Origin: Geosiphon pyriformis uo1
Lineage: Eukaryota; Fungi; Glomeromycota
Assembly: GCA_016748015.1 (NCBI GenBank)
Contig: JAAOMT010000557.1
Location: 124,001 to 188,000, forward strand
Length of the DNA stretch: 64,000 nt
Direction: 5' to 3'
In this document: piece by piece, positions 25,314 through 38,058 of the stretch
Position numbering within the stretch: position 1 is the first letter of the stretch
Layout of the letters: each line of letters opens with the position of its first letter
Translations under genes and position numbers: made by a program
The notes under the pieces: model-generated
Database searches by the model: none
What the model was told of the DNA's origin: nothing
Seen by the model: only the letters and a program-made list of their open reading frames with translations

Positions 25314-26242
25314 TGTTACAGGTGATTCTTTGGGGTGTCTAGTGAATAACAAACCTATAACTTGGTGCGCAAAGCAATTGGTGATGATAATAATCTAAAG
25401 GTATTTTATCTGAAGGTTTTCCAATCGAGTTCTTTGTATAATAGACAGAAATTCAATGGTAACAGTTTATCAGTAGTTTCCTGAAACCGTAGTTTTGTCA
25501 ATTGCTTGCTCAGCTTGATGGTTGATGATTCTCCTGGTATGATATCCTTCGTAAGTATATACTAGTGCTGTTTCCTGACATCAGTTCCTTCATAAGTCCT
25601 CCAAGAATAAGTATTGTTTAAACAAGTTTATTCCTTTGTAAGTTCTCCAAGAGTAAGTATTGTTTAAGTAAGTTTTATTCCTCCATAAGTCCTCCAAGAG
25701 TAAATTCTTTAATCAAGTTAGTAGACAACAAAGAAAATAAAAAAAAGATAAAAGAGAAAATAAAAAATAAGCCAAGACAATTTGCAAGTTAGTATCCCGT
25801 TAATAGCCATGATCAAGAGTTATTGTTCCAATATAGTTAAGTATTAGTTACTATCAACATAAAGTGTTTGATAGTAAAGAATGAATTTGATATAGCAAAT
25901 AATTATTTATTTGAGAATTGTGATAACTAAGCTAAGAATTCTTGGTATCAATTCTGTTTTTTCTGTTTTTACCATTACTGCTATATATACATATTTGAGA
26001 TTCCTCAATTCTTTAATTCTTTGTAACAGAAATTCTGGGATTCCTGGAATCTTGCAATTCCTGATGAAAGAAGTCCTGAAATTCTGGAATCCTGCAATTC
26101 CTTATTGGAGAATCCTGAAGTTCCTGGAATTCTGCAATTTCTTTGAGAGGAATTCTGGAATTCCACATTTACTACGTCTACTTCTGATTGGCTAATCTCT
26201 ACTTGCTAATAATAATATACTTCCTCTATTCTATGAATAACA
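25314..26242 (-). repeat. E2 3' LTR
   Basis: TGTTA..TAACA ends. Contains CCAAT, a GGAATT-rich array, TATA and a 46-47-bp tandem repeat. Paired with 34686-35597. Confidence 0.92.
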
Positions 26243-26256
26243 TTATTCCCTCCTTT

Positions 26257-26886
26257 TTAATATTGAGCTCTGTTGAAATCTAACTCTTTTAATTCCCCCT
26301 CTTGAATTATTTCTTGAACTTCTCTTTCAAGTATTACTTGTGTTATTTGAGTTTGTAGTTTTTCAAATTGGGCATTGGTCATTTTCCCTAATTGATTACT
26401 CATAACTGTATCTATTGCTGTATTGAGTAAGATTTCTGGTCAGTCTTGAAATTTCATATATAGCCAGTAAATGACTTGAGCTTGTGTGATTAGATTGTTC
26501 TTTCCCATAAATTGTTCCAGTTGTCTCAGTATTGTTGTGTCAAATAACTGTTTTGTTTTGTCGGTGTACAAATTCTAGATATTTACATGTTGTCCCAAGT
26601 GAAAATAACAATAGTTTTTTGGAAATTGTTGCATTCATTAAGTCCAAGTTTCTCTGGTAAGTTCTTGGTGTAATCCGACTATTTATTGTTCTTTCATGGC
26701 CAATTTTACCTTGGTCATAATCTTGTTAATAACATTTTCGAGTTTTTTCTGTACTTTGTGTTATGGTATCCTTGCAGTACTTTTGTATCAAATGGTTTGT
26801 TAATTGATTGTAATTTCCATTTTCTGGTGTTGGATTAATTGAAAGATTTGTTGTGCCAATGAATGGATGTTGTTGGTAATTTCCAT
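26257..26886 (-). pseudogene. E2 ORF3: 209-aa protein of unknown function in the env position
   Basis: MEITNNIHSLAQQ...LDFNRAQY*. Same 630-nt length as the E3 copy, with conservative substitutions. Confidence 0.75.
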
Positions 26887-26940
26887 TTTTCTGTATTTTT
26901 CTGTCATGTCAACCATGCCTTTATAAATTCTTTCTGTTAA

Positions 26941-28320
26941 TCAATTGGATGTGTTGTTATCAATGATAATGATTGGTTCCAGATCTCATAGAATCTCATC
27001 TGGTTGGACTAGTATTCTCTGTACTCCCAGTTGTGAAATATTACTGGTGAATGATACTATATGGTGATATGATTTCAGTTGATCTTCATGTGCTGTTTTG
27101 GTCAAGATTTTGTTATTCCATCTTAATTTGTAAGCTCCATTTCCTAGAATTTCTTCTATGTGAAATGGTCCATCCCATTTGGAGTCAAATTTTCCACTCC
27201 ATTGTTTTTCCACTTTGGTATGATGTAGTAGTACTTTGTTTCCAATCTTGAATTCAACTGGTTTATCTGGTAGTTGGTTGTCATGTTTTTTTTTTTGTTT
27301 TTCTTGTGACCTTTGTATGTTATCAGCTGCTCTCCGTCATTTGTTTTCTAATGTTTTTATTAAGTCATATGTTTTTTTCAACAATGTGTTTTTGAAATTC
27401 TCTTCTATTATTGATTCAGTTGGGTATGTGCTAACTTCTATTTCCACTGGTAGTGTTGCTGTTCTGCCATATACTAATTCAAATGGTGTTGCTTGTGTAG
27501 TATCTTGCTTCATTGTCTAATAAGCAAATAGTACTGATAGTATCAACAAATCCCAATTGTTCTGGTTTTTTTGGCTGAGCTTAGTTATTGCTTCACACAA
27601 TGTTCTATTGAATTTTTCGACTAATCCGTTGGTTTGTGAATGATATGGTAATGATAATGGTCTCTTAATTCCGAATCTTTGGCTCAATTCTGTTAATGTT
27701 TTGTTTACAAAATGAGTTCCTTGGTCTGATAATAATTCTTTTAAACATCCATGTTAACAAATCAAATCCTAATAAACAAATTTGGCAATGGATTCTACAT
27801 CCACTCTTTGAATTGCTTTTGCTTCTGGCCATTTGGTAAGATAGTCCATGACTACTGCAATATATCTGTTGCCTCTGCTGGTTATTGTTAATGGTCTGAC
27901 TAAGTCAATTCCAATGCAATCAAATGGTTGTTCCACTTTGATTGGTTTTAATGGTTCACTTGGTCTTATTCCTTTTATTTTCTGACAAGCATCACAATTT
28001 TGAACATATTGAATGATGTCTGAATATATTGATGGCCAATAATATCTTTTTTTGGTTCTTTTCATGGTTGCTTCTTTGTAAAAGTGTTCTGCTGTTGGAT
28101 TTAAGTGTATGTTGAATAATATTGTTTCTTTTTCTGGCTCTGTAATTACTCTGGTTGGTTGATCTAGATCTTTTCTATTTTTCCAATAAAGTATATTTTG
28201 GTGAGTGATAAAATATTTTAATTGTTGTTTGATACTTTTTCATTCTGTTTGAGATAAATTCTCCTTGAACTGTTGAGTGTTTATATAATGTTGAAGTTGT
28301 TGATATTTTTGTATGTTCAT
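26941..28320 (-). pseudogene. E2 integrase (apparently a stand-alone ORF, 460 codons)
   Basis: MNIQKYQQLQHY start, HHCC (HLNPTAEH...CDAC), IGIDLV / LSDQGTHF / GLVEKFN and WDGPF. No chromodomain seen. Confidence 0.88.
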
Positions 28321-28383
28321 CTTTTGTTATATTTTTTGTTGGTATTGTTCTGGTTTTGTTATATTTTTGGGTTTGAGATGTTT

Positions 28384-31300
28384 TTAGATTTGTCTTATTT
28401 GTGACAAATCATCAGCATTTCCATTGTCTTTTCCTTCCTTATAGTGTATAGTATAAGTATATCATAAGAGTGCCATTTTCCATCTGGATTGATGGCCATC
28501 ATTAAATTCTTGCTTTTAAAGTGATGTTAACCCTTTATGATTTGTGTATATATCAAACTTTTGGCTCAAGTATTTGTTCCACTTCATAACTGCCTAATAG
28601 ATTGCTAAATGTTCTAGTTCTGGTGTTCCATAGTTCTTTTTGGCTGGTGTTAGATCTTGGCTGGCATATGCTACTGAATGTTTTCTGCTGTCTGGTCCCT
28701 TCTGAAATAGTACTGCTCCCAATGCTTGGCCTGATGCATCAGTGGTAATGATAAATGATTTGTTGTGATCTGAGTAGATCAGTACTGGAGCTTGAATGAG
28801 CTTTCTTTTCAGAATATCAAAAGCTTCTTGTTGACTTTCTGTTCATTCATATTTGGTATTCTTGGTTTGCAGATTATTGAGTGGTTGAGCTATTTTTGAA
28901 AAGTTTTTTATAAAGTGTTAATAATAGCTTGCAAATCCCAAGAATGATTTCAATTCAGTCATATTGGTTGGTATTAGAAAGTTCTTTACTATCTCTATTT
29001 TCTCTGGATCTATTTTGATGCCATCTTTGCTGACTATGTATCCCAAGAATTTTAGTTCTGTCTTGCCGAAGAAGCACTTTGTTGTATTTAACTTTAGTTC
29101 TGCTCTTCTTAGCTTTTCGAACACTTGTTAAAGATGATGAAAATGATCATCAAATGTTTTTGAGAATACATTGGTGTTGTCCAAGTATACAACTACTGAT
29201 TTCCACAATAAGTCAGTATAAACAATTTCCATTAGCCATTGGAAAGTGGCTGGGGCATTGGTTAAGCCAAAAGGCATCACTTTAAATTCGAAATTCTCTT
29301 CTCTAGTGGTGAATGCCATCTTTTTTTTGTTGGCTGAATTCATGGCTACTTGTCAGTAACTACTGTCCAAGTCTAATGTTGAGAACTATTTGTTTCTGCC
29401 GAAAGCATCGAATAATTCTTGTATTCTTGGGGTTGGATAGCTGTCTTCACGAATTACACCATTGAGTTTCCTGTAGTCCACACAAAATCGGATTTTTTTA
29501 TTCTTCTTCCAAATGAGTACCACTGGTGATAACTATGGGCTCATTGATAGTTGAATTAGCCTGTTGTTAAGTATTCAGTTTATCTCTTGACAAATAATCT
29601 CATGGCTAGCTGGTGGTACTCTGTATGCTCTTTGTTTAATTGGCATTGCATCTCCAGTCTTGATCTGATGCTGGATGATGTCAGTTTGGCCAAACTTGTT
29701 TTTACTGACAAAGATGTCATTGAAATTGTTAAACAACATCTTGAGCTGTATATATTGGAGTAGATCTAAGTTTCTCATGTTCATTTGTTCTAATTGCTCT
29801 GGTTGAAGCAAATAATATTCACTTTGTTCATATATTGTTTGTGATGTGATATCAACATATCCACAAAGCTGTGAAAAGTCCGGAATGGTGCTTGGTGGTT
29901 GATCCTCTATTTCAGTACTTAAGTATCCAATGGTAGTTTTGATTGGTATTACTATGATATTTCCTGTGTTATTGTAGATGGGAATTTTGATGTGGCTGTA
30001 ATCTTTGGCTGGTATATGGAGATTGATAAGTCCAATCTCTCCTAATTTACAAAGGGTTGTTTCTGCTTCAAAAATCTGATTCTGTTCTTTTACTTCTTGC
30101 TTTATTCCTACCATGTACTGATCATATGGTGGAATAGAAATTGCTTGACCCATTGAGATAAATTTTTCTTGGTCAACAATTCCTTCTTCTGCCATATTGA
30201 CTGGTACATCTATTCTACCCGTTGATCCAAATCTCTGTATTTCTCTTGCTGTTATCCCTAATTCCTCTCTATTTCCCACTAATACTAACTGAGCTATTTT
30301 CATCAGAGGCAGGAGTATTGCCTGTGTTATTTTTTTGTTTAGCTCTATGATATAAGCTTTTTCAGAGTCATTTTGTAGCATAGCAATGATATTTTCTACA
30401 TATCCTGCATCAATTATTCCTTTTCTTATATTAATCCTTCTTTTTGCTAAATTATTCCTAAATGCTAATTGAATCATTGTTGTTGCTGGAATTTCCAGTG
30501 CTATTTTCAGATCTATGCAGGTGCGCGAATGTGGTTCCAATTTTATAACATCTTTTCCAGGATATCTCAGATCAAATCCAGTATCAGTATCATGTGCATG
30601 TTCTGGCATGATACTTTTATTATTGTCATTATACCATTTCAACTTCTGTTCTTTAGAGAGGTCTGACAGTGCAATGTATTGTTCATATTTTGGGTTGAAG
30701 TTTGAATTTGAGTTGGAATTGTTGTTATTGTTATTGCCAATTTGAACAGAACTGGAACCAGTGTTTTTATTATTGTCATTGTCAGAGTTTGAATCAGGAT
30801 CGAACAGTGATTCCAATTTGGATGCGCAGCTGCTGATTGGTTCAATTTCTTCTGGGATTGTGTAGATCATGCGTGGTAGTGAATTGTAAATGAGGTTACA
30901 CTCATTACAATATTGGAAGTCATAGGGAATCAAACAGTGGTCACATAATCGGGTGTTTAGTTGTTCTAAACACTGCTTCTGCTCTTCTCTTGTAGGTGCC
31001 AAATTTTGGTAGTATTCATGGAAGTTTTCTGGATCTGTTTCTTTGTCCATAAAAGTGTCTGGGTTAGGAATACGAATGATATCAACTGGTTCTGGGTGAT
31101 TGTTCTTAATTTCCAGTATTTTATTGGGTGTAGCATCTTTTACTTTGGCATTGGCCATTCACCAGATCTCCTCTTCATCGTGGGGGTAACCATCTAAACA
31201 ATCAAGTGCTTGGTGCTATGCTGCTGTAATCGGGGTACCACGACTCACCCAGTCACTAATAACAATCATATATTGGCATGAAGTGTCACATGTTCCTCCT

Positions 31301-34300
31301 CAACCAGGAATGTCATTCCATATTTCTTCATCGAGCAATTGTTCACTGCAAGCGAGACATGATTTATTGTTCCACTTGCCTTGTTGTTTTGGGTAGCCAT
31401 AGCATTCTCTATGGCAAGGTTTGCAATAATAGTGGGTTCGCATCCAGTAGTTCTCATCTGGTACAATCCAGGTTTTCATGAAAAAAAGTTTCTTCTCACA
31501 GTCTTTGCACTTGAGTGGTATGTATGGTGGTTGTGGTAGTGGCTTATAAATGGAATATGAACAAGTCCAGCCACTAGTAATGTCTTTTGTTGATTCGATT
31601 TTCTCCAGTATGTTGTCTTTTTTTTTTTTTCCTTTTCCTTTTTCTTCCCAACTTAGTGTAGATAGCAACTCATTTTGGTTGTCATCAATCCAAGCACCAA
31701 TAGTGGTTTCCCAGATATGTTCTTCTTTTTGCTTTCCTTTTCTATGGTTGTCTTCGTCCCAGGCAAGTATGGGCAGCAGTTCATTGTGATCGACATCAGC
31801 CCACAAAACCTGATATGCTTCTCATGTTGATTTCTTTGTTTTCTTCTTAAATTCGATTAATGGCTGCAAGTTGGTTGGTTTAAAGTGACCACATACTGCT
31901 GATGCCTCAGTATGTTGACCATTTTGGCTCAGTTGGAGCTTTTGCATCATCCAATTGAGTATGGTATTTGTTTTGGATAGCCAATCATTTCCAACAAGAG
32001 CTTGGTACTGAGTGGCTTCTATTACAAGGACTTTGATGGGTATCATGATGCCATTAATTTTGATAGGTAGGTTGTCTATTTCGCCTATTGGGGTTTTGGT
32101 TACTCCATCAGCTGTAATGATTCTTGCACTGGCAGCTCAGTTAATTCAGTGACCTAATTGATCCATGAGTTGCTTTGTTATAATGCTGCCAGCTAATCCA
32201 CTATCTAAGATCAGTTTGATGGCATGGCCATTGATTTTGGTATTTGTATACATGGCGGTGATTGGCTTCTTTTCAAGAACTGCTCTACTAAACAATAGAA
32301 CTTTGATCATTTCTTCCAAGTTGAAGAGAAAGATGGCCATAAGCAATTCATTGTTGGTGACAGTTGTTGATGGAATGTTGTTGGTAAATGCTTGTTGTTG
32401 GTTGGATCCCAAATTGTTGATAATGACGTCTTCTTGGATAACCAGAAGACTTAAATAGTTCTGGAAATTTGGGTTTTGGGTGGCACCAGTACTCGAATTC
32501 CGAGAACATGATCCTGATGGTGAGTTGGAGGAACTGGGGATCAATTGGTAGACAACCATTGCTGATCTCCAGTTTTGTTGTGTTATTCTTGGTCTTTGGA
32601 TTTCGTCTTGAAGTAAGTTTTGGGGTGGTGTTTGAATGGTTTGAGGTTGATAGATTACTTGTGGCTGTGGTTGATATATTGCTGGTGGTTGTGGTTGATA
32701 AACTGGGGTCTGATATACTGGTGCTTAATAAATTGGCTGCTGCATCGTTGACAGATAAGTGTTTGGGTATTGATCTTGATTTTGATATTGATTCTGGGTT
32801 TGGAATTGGGGATTGGGGTTTTGATGTTGATTTCCCAATTGTCAGTTATAAGCATTGCAGTTGGCTTTTATGTGACCTTGTTTACCACAGTTGTGGCAAA
32901 CACACATTTCCTGCTGCCATGGTTGATTAATTGACAATAATGGACGTGCTTGATTTTGGAAACAATTGGTGTTTCTCTGATTACTGCATTTTTGGGGAGA
33001 TTGATAAATGGACTGATGGTTGTTAGTTAAGTATCCCTCAATTTTCTGATTAATGGTATCACTGATTTGTTTCAATTTGGAATCCAAATCAAATGATTCA
33101 TTCATTACTAAATTTACAGCTTGAACATGGTTGGTTTTTAGCTCAGCTGATTCGAAATCTCTGGCATGTGTGACTGTGGCTTAAAGGTTGGCTGGGTGTA
33201 ATGGGCATACGTGTTGCAAAATACTACTGCACAGGCCACGAATAAACTGGTTGAAGATCTGGAGTTCTGTGAAATACACAGTGTTGATGGCTTAGATTTG
33301 GCGTAGAACTCTATAAAAGTGTTCTAGGTATGTTGTGACTGCTTCAGTATTATTCTGTTTGATTGTAGTAAAAGTATTGGTTAGACAATTAATACTGTTA
33401 TTGTTGCTAAAATATTCCAGAAAGGCAGTTTTGAATTGTTGAAATATTTGTGGTCTGGTGGTTAAACTCTGGTACCAAGAATTGGTGGTTTCTTTGAGAA
33501 AGTATGGTATTGCCTATAGGACTCTGGCATCATCCCAATTGTTTACTATGATGGCCTTGAAGATGTCATTGATCCATGCTTAAGCGTTATCTTCTTCACA
33601 GGTAAAGTTTTCTAACTTTGTGATAGGTGTGTAGACCATTTGGTTTACGTTTAGTTATTGTAGTGGCTGTTGAAGTGGTTGTTGTTGCACGGGTTGTTGG
33701 GGTGGTAATTGAAGTGGCTGCTGTATGGGTTTGGCTATTGGATTAATTGGTGGTTGATCGATGACGATTACTGAAGATAAGTTTTGTTGATTTATTAAAT
33801 CGGAATTCTGATTGTTTTGATTTTGCTAAGTTTTAATATTCAGAGTTTCAATTTCCAGATTTTCTATGTTTGGATTTTGTGGAGTTTGAACGTTCGGGGT
33901 TCCGAATTTCGAGTTTTTTGAGATTAGGTTTTGGTAAGTGAATTCTTAATCTTCACTTTCTTCCTCTTCTTTCTTTGATAATTCTCATGGAATAGTGGCT
34001 CCGAAATCTGATTGGGGTAGTGGTGATTGAATTCCTGATGGCATTGGAGATCATGATTTAAATCCTTCAAAATACACGCCATATGGTCCTAGTAAGTTTT
34101 CTTTCCATTGTTTGCTTTGGAACTGAAATCTTCCAAAATTTTGATGTCATATTTGATGTGGACACATTTGCTGATAAAATATTAATGGTGCTTCCAAATG
34201 TGTAGTAATATAATGGAGTGGTTGGTGATTCTACTCTGTGTTTCTTCCAACTAGATAACTGTATTCCTTTTGGTATTGCTGCTGGTGTTTGTATTCTTCC

Positions 34301-34624
34301 TTTACTTTTGTCTGCGTAGGTAATGAAAAATTGTTGTTGCATGTATTTTTCAATAATTTGATTAATTTCCCTGATGATTGGGGCGAAACTGTGATTTCTT
34401 GGTAAGCTAGTGTGTTGAAATAATTCTGTATAGAAATTTTTTCTTGCTGACTTAATATTAACAATTTCTCCTAAACAGTTTGTGATTTTATCATTGACAT
34501 AATAGTTAAAGGCTGATTTGGCTGAGTAGTGATTACTGTTTAATTCTAATTGTTGGCTGTATTGTTGAAACAAAGATTTTGCAAATCCTAAGTGGTTGGC
34601 TCCTATAATTTCTGATTCTACTAC
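28384..34624 (-). pseudogene. E2 Gag-PR-ZnF-dUTPase-pseudo-dUTPase-RT-RNase H polyprotein
   Basis: Motifs CHNCGKQGHIKANC, LDSG, DTGFDL / GIIDAGY / RFGSTG, RFCVDYRKLN, MPFGLTNAPATF, YLDN, TDASGQALGAVL and ELEHLAI. Pieces from 33105 to 28386 share one frame. Confidence 0.9.
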
Positions 34625-34685
34625 ATTTGGATGGTGTTGTTGGTGCTGGTTCTCTGTAGGATTATACTTCATAGAGAGCACCAAA

Positions 34686-35597
34686 TGTTACAGGTGATTT
34701 TTTGGGGTGTCTAGTGAATAACAAACTCATAACTTGGTGCACAAAGCAATTGGTGATGATGATAATCTGAAGGTATTTTATCTGAAGGTTTTTCAATCGA
34801 GTTCTTTGTATAATAGACAGATATTTAATAGTAACAGTTTATTAGTAGTTTCTTAAAACCGTAGTTTTGTTGATTGCTTGCTCAGCTTGATGGTTGATAA
34901 TTCTCCTAGTACGATATCCTCTGTAAGTATATACCAGTGCTGTTTCCTAATGTCAGTTCCTCTGTAAGTTCTCCAAGAGTAAGTATTGTTTAAGCAAGTT
35001 TATTTTCCTGTAAGTTTTCTAAGAATAAGTATTGTTTAAGTAAGTTTTATTTCTCTGTAAGTCCTCCAAGAGTAAATCCTTTAATCAAGTTAGTAGACAA
35101 CAAAGAAAATAAAGAAAAAATAAAATAAAAAATAAAAAATAAGCCAAGGCAATTTGCAAGTTAGTATCTCGTCAATAGCCATAATCAAAAGCTATTGTTC
35201 CAGTATGGTTAAGTATCAGTTACTATCAATATGAAGTGTTTGATAATAAAGAATGAATTTGATATAGCAAATAATTATTTATTTGAGGATTGTGGTAACT
35301 AAGCTAAGGATTCTTGGTGTTGATTCTGTTTTTTCTGCTTCTACTGCTACTGCTATATATACATATTTGAAATTCCTCAATTCTTCAATTCCTTGCAACA
35401 GGAATCTTGTAATTTCTGATAAGAGAAGTCCTGGAATTCTGGAATTCTGCAATTCCTTACTAGAAAATTCTGAAGTTCTTGGAATCCTGCAATTTCTTTG
35501 AGAGAAATCCTGGAATTCCATATTTACTACATTTACTTCTGATTGGCTAATCTCTACTTGCTAATAATAATATACTTCCTCTATTCTATAAGTAACA
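34686..35597 (-). repeat. E2 5' LTR
   Basis: Direct repeat of 25314-26242, followed on the minus strand by PBS TTTGGTGCTCTCTATGAA. Confidence 0.92.
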
Positions 35598-38058
35598 ATG
35601 CAGTATCTAAAGAGGTTTGAGAAGCAAATTCCACACAAAAAAGCTTTATATTGTCTTTTGAAACAAACTTAGCACCCAAGAAACCATGTATTAACTAAAA
35701 AACAGTCTTAACATGAGCCAATTTAATCTTAAAAGTAGCACCAAGCACCAGAATAGAGGCCACCCACCCAGCAAATCTTTGACGACTAGTAATAGTTTCC
35801 CAAGCACCACCAGAAGTAGCACCAAAAACTAAAGGAGAAGATGATTCAGTTTCTATATGATCAGCCCAGTTTTCAAGAACAAGTGACCCAACAGGAGAAA
35901 ATTGCTTTGTTTTTAAAACTAGCAATGATTTGCTAAAAGACACCACATTTGGCAATACAGCCAGTGGTTGATCTTGGCCCATCTTGAACAATGTACTAGA
36001 TAATGCTACAGAGATCTCATCTAAGATCTCATTGGAAACCACAAAGGGGTTCAGTGTAACAATAGCAGAAGCAAGTGACTGCCTCCACTTTTCTGAACTT
36101 TTGGTCTTTTTGACCATTTTTTTTGAAGAGGTAGTGCTAGCAGCACCAAATGTTAAAGCTATAGAAAGGAAGACCAGCTTGTTAACTGGTCTATTATTAA
36201 ACACTTTTGGGCTCTTAGTAGGGGTGAAGACAACACTAAGACTAATCCAAGTGTGTTTCTTTGAAGGAACTTTGACTGGTGAAAAACCAGCCAAAGATGA
36301 GGAAGTTGCTTCAGTGGCTACCAAAGGCAGCTTATCATGATTACTGAGTAAGGAAAAGATTTCTAAAATATTCTGCCTAGTTGTTTCTACAACAGAGAGA
36401 GCTCCTCTGGTTGAAATTTTATTAGATATCTCAAGACAGATATCAGGTGCAGCTTTTTTACTCTTTGTGATCATAAAATTAAGAAAACAAAAAAAATAAT
36501 TATATATTAATTTTTGACTAATCTTTATTAATTTTAAAAACAAAACAAATCATGTTTTTACATATATATTTTTCTTATTAAACCATTAAATTACTTTTAA
36601 TTTTAAAAATTAAATTAATAAAATAAAAACAAAATCAATTTTTTTTGTTTTTTAATACTGTTTTTAATAATATTTAAAAAACAATTATTAATTATTAAAA
36701 TTTTGTTAAATAGATAACTTTTATTCTAATATTTAATATTTTGTTAAAATTAAATTGGTTTTTATTAGGACTGTATTTTAGTTTATAAATAAATTTATTA
36801 GTATTTAAAAATAATATAAAGTTTTTTTGTATAAAATTTGGTTTTTAGACTTTTTTGAATACTGTATTTTAAGTATTTTTAACCATATTTGTAATTAATA
36901 TTAAATCTGTTTTTAGTATATAATAAAATCTTTAAAATTATATTAAAACATTTTAGTATTTAACAATATATTATGATATATTTTAAGTTTTTTAATATAA
37001 TTATAACTGTTTTAATATATTAATTAGTTTTGATAAGCAAAAATAATTATAAAATTTTTTTTGGTAAATTAAAAAATATATATTTTAAATCTAAATTAGT
37101 TAATTTTTTTTGGTTGTATAGCTTTTAAAATTAGCAAACTAGTTTTTTAAGTTAATAATTATACATGTTATAACAGGTGATTTTTTTTTGAATCTTAAGT
37201 CAAATAACAAACCCATAACTTGGTGCTCAATTGATATAGTGTTGTTGGTAATATTTGAAGGTATTGTTATCTGAAGGTTTTTTTTTGTTAGTCTTTTGTA
37301 TAATGGACAGAGATTTGATAGTGTGGCAATTTGTCATTTGTTGTCAATTGTTTCCCAATTTTTTTCTCAGCTTGGTGGCTGAATTTATTCTGACAGTCAT
37401 GTCCTTCTGGTAAGCTAACTGATAATATATATAAATCTACCCTTATTTCTGGGTCTTTTACCAGGCTATCTGTAATGTTAATAACTCAGCGCTTTTAATC
37501 CTCAATCAATTAGTAGGCACAACAGAATTAAAGAAAGAAAGAAATAAAATAAAGAAAATAGCGATGATGAAGATAAGCCAAGGCAATTTAGTAAGTTAAT
37601 ATCTCATCAATAGCCATAATCAAGAGCTATTGTTTCAGTATGGTTAAGTATCAATTACTATTAATATGAAGTGTTGATAGTAGAGAGTAAATTGAGATAT
37701 AAAATAATTATTTATTTGATAATTGGGAATTGGAAGATTGCTTAGATTAAATCTAAACTGAGAGGTCTATCTTTTTAGCTTCTAATCCTGCTGCTATATA
37801 TACATAATTGAGATTTCTCAATTCCTCGATTTTTCATGACAAGAATTCTGGAATTCCTGGAATCTTGCGATTTCTTTGAGAAGAATCCTAGAATTCTGGA
37901 ATCCTGCAATTCTTTGTTAGGGAATCCTGAAATTTCTGGAATCCTGCAATTCTTGAAAGAAATCCTGGAATTCCACATTTACTATGCCCACTTCTGATTG
38001 GCTACTAATCATGCTAATATATTTTCTATATTTCTATGAGTAACATTATTCTCTCCTT

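Larger units (their letters stand above)
25314..35597 (-). mobile_element. E2: full-length degenerate Ty3/Gypsy-like LTR retrotransposon (~10.3 kb)
   Basis: LTRs 25314-26242 and 34686-35597, PBS 34668-34685, PPT 26243-26258. Flanks ACAC / ATGC are explained as a CpG-decayed TSD ACGC. Confidence 0.93.
23949..36474 (-). mobile_element. ORF1-only non-autonomous LINE derivative (~2.25 kb; pieces 36474-35598 and 25313-23949), split by E2
   Basis: One ORF1-like frame (MITKSKKAAP...; knuckle CFWC*KTDHLAVDC; coiled coil RLDSLEKQISDLA) reads through the E2 site as DTAFLVKL. It runs straight into the LINE family 3' tail and poly-A, with no ORF2. Confidence 0.8.

Noticed and set aside
26257-26886. ORF3 as a true envelope gene
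   Set aside because: No signal peptide, furin site or transmembrane helix is visible.
29170-29195. RT active site YLDN (E2 and E3) as a natural catalytic variant
   Set aside because: GAC GAC contains a CpG, and G>A decay gives GAC AAC. LINE-D shows the same D>N change (FIDN versus FVDD).
32469-32930. Hydrophobic antisense ORFs opposite gag (also 45166-45582)
   Set aside because: They are shadow frames of Asn/Thr/Ser/Pro-rich low-complexity Gag sequence, and their boundaries are not conserved between copies.
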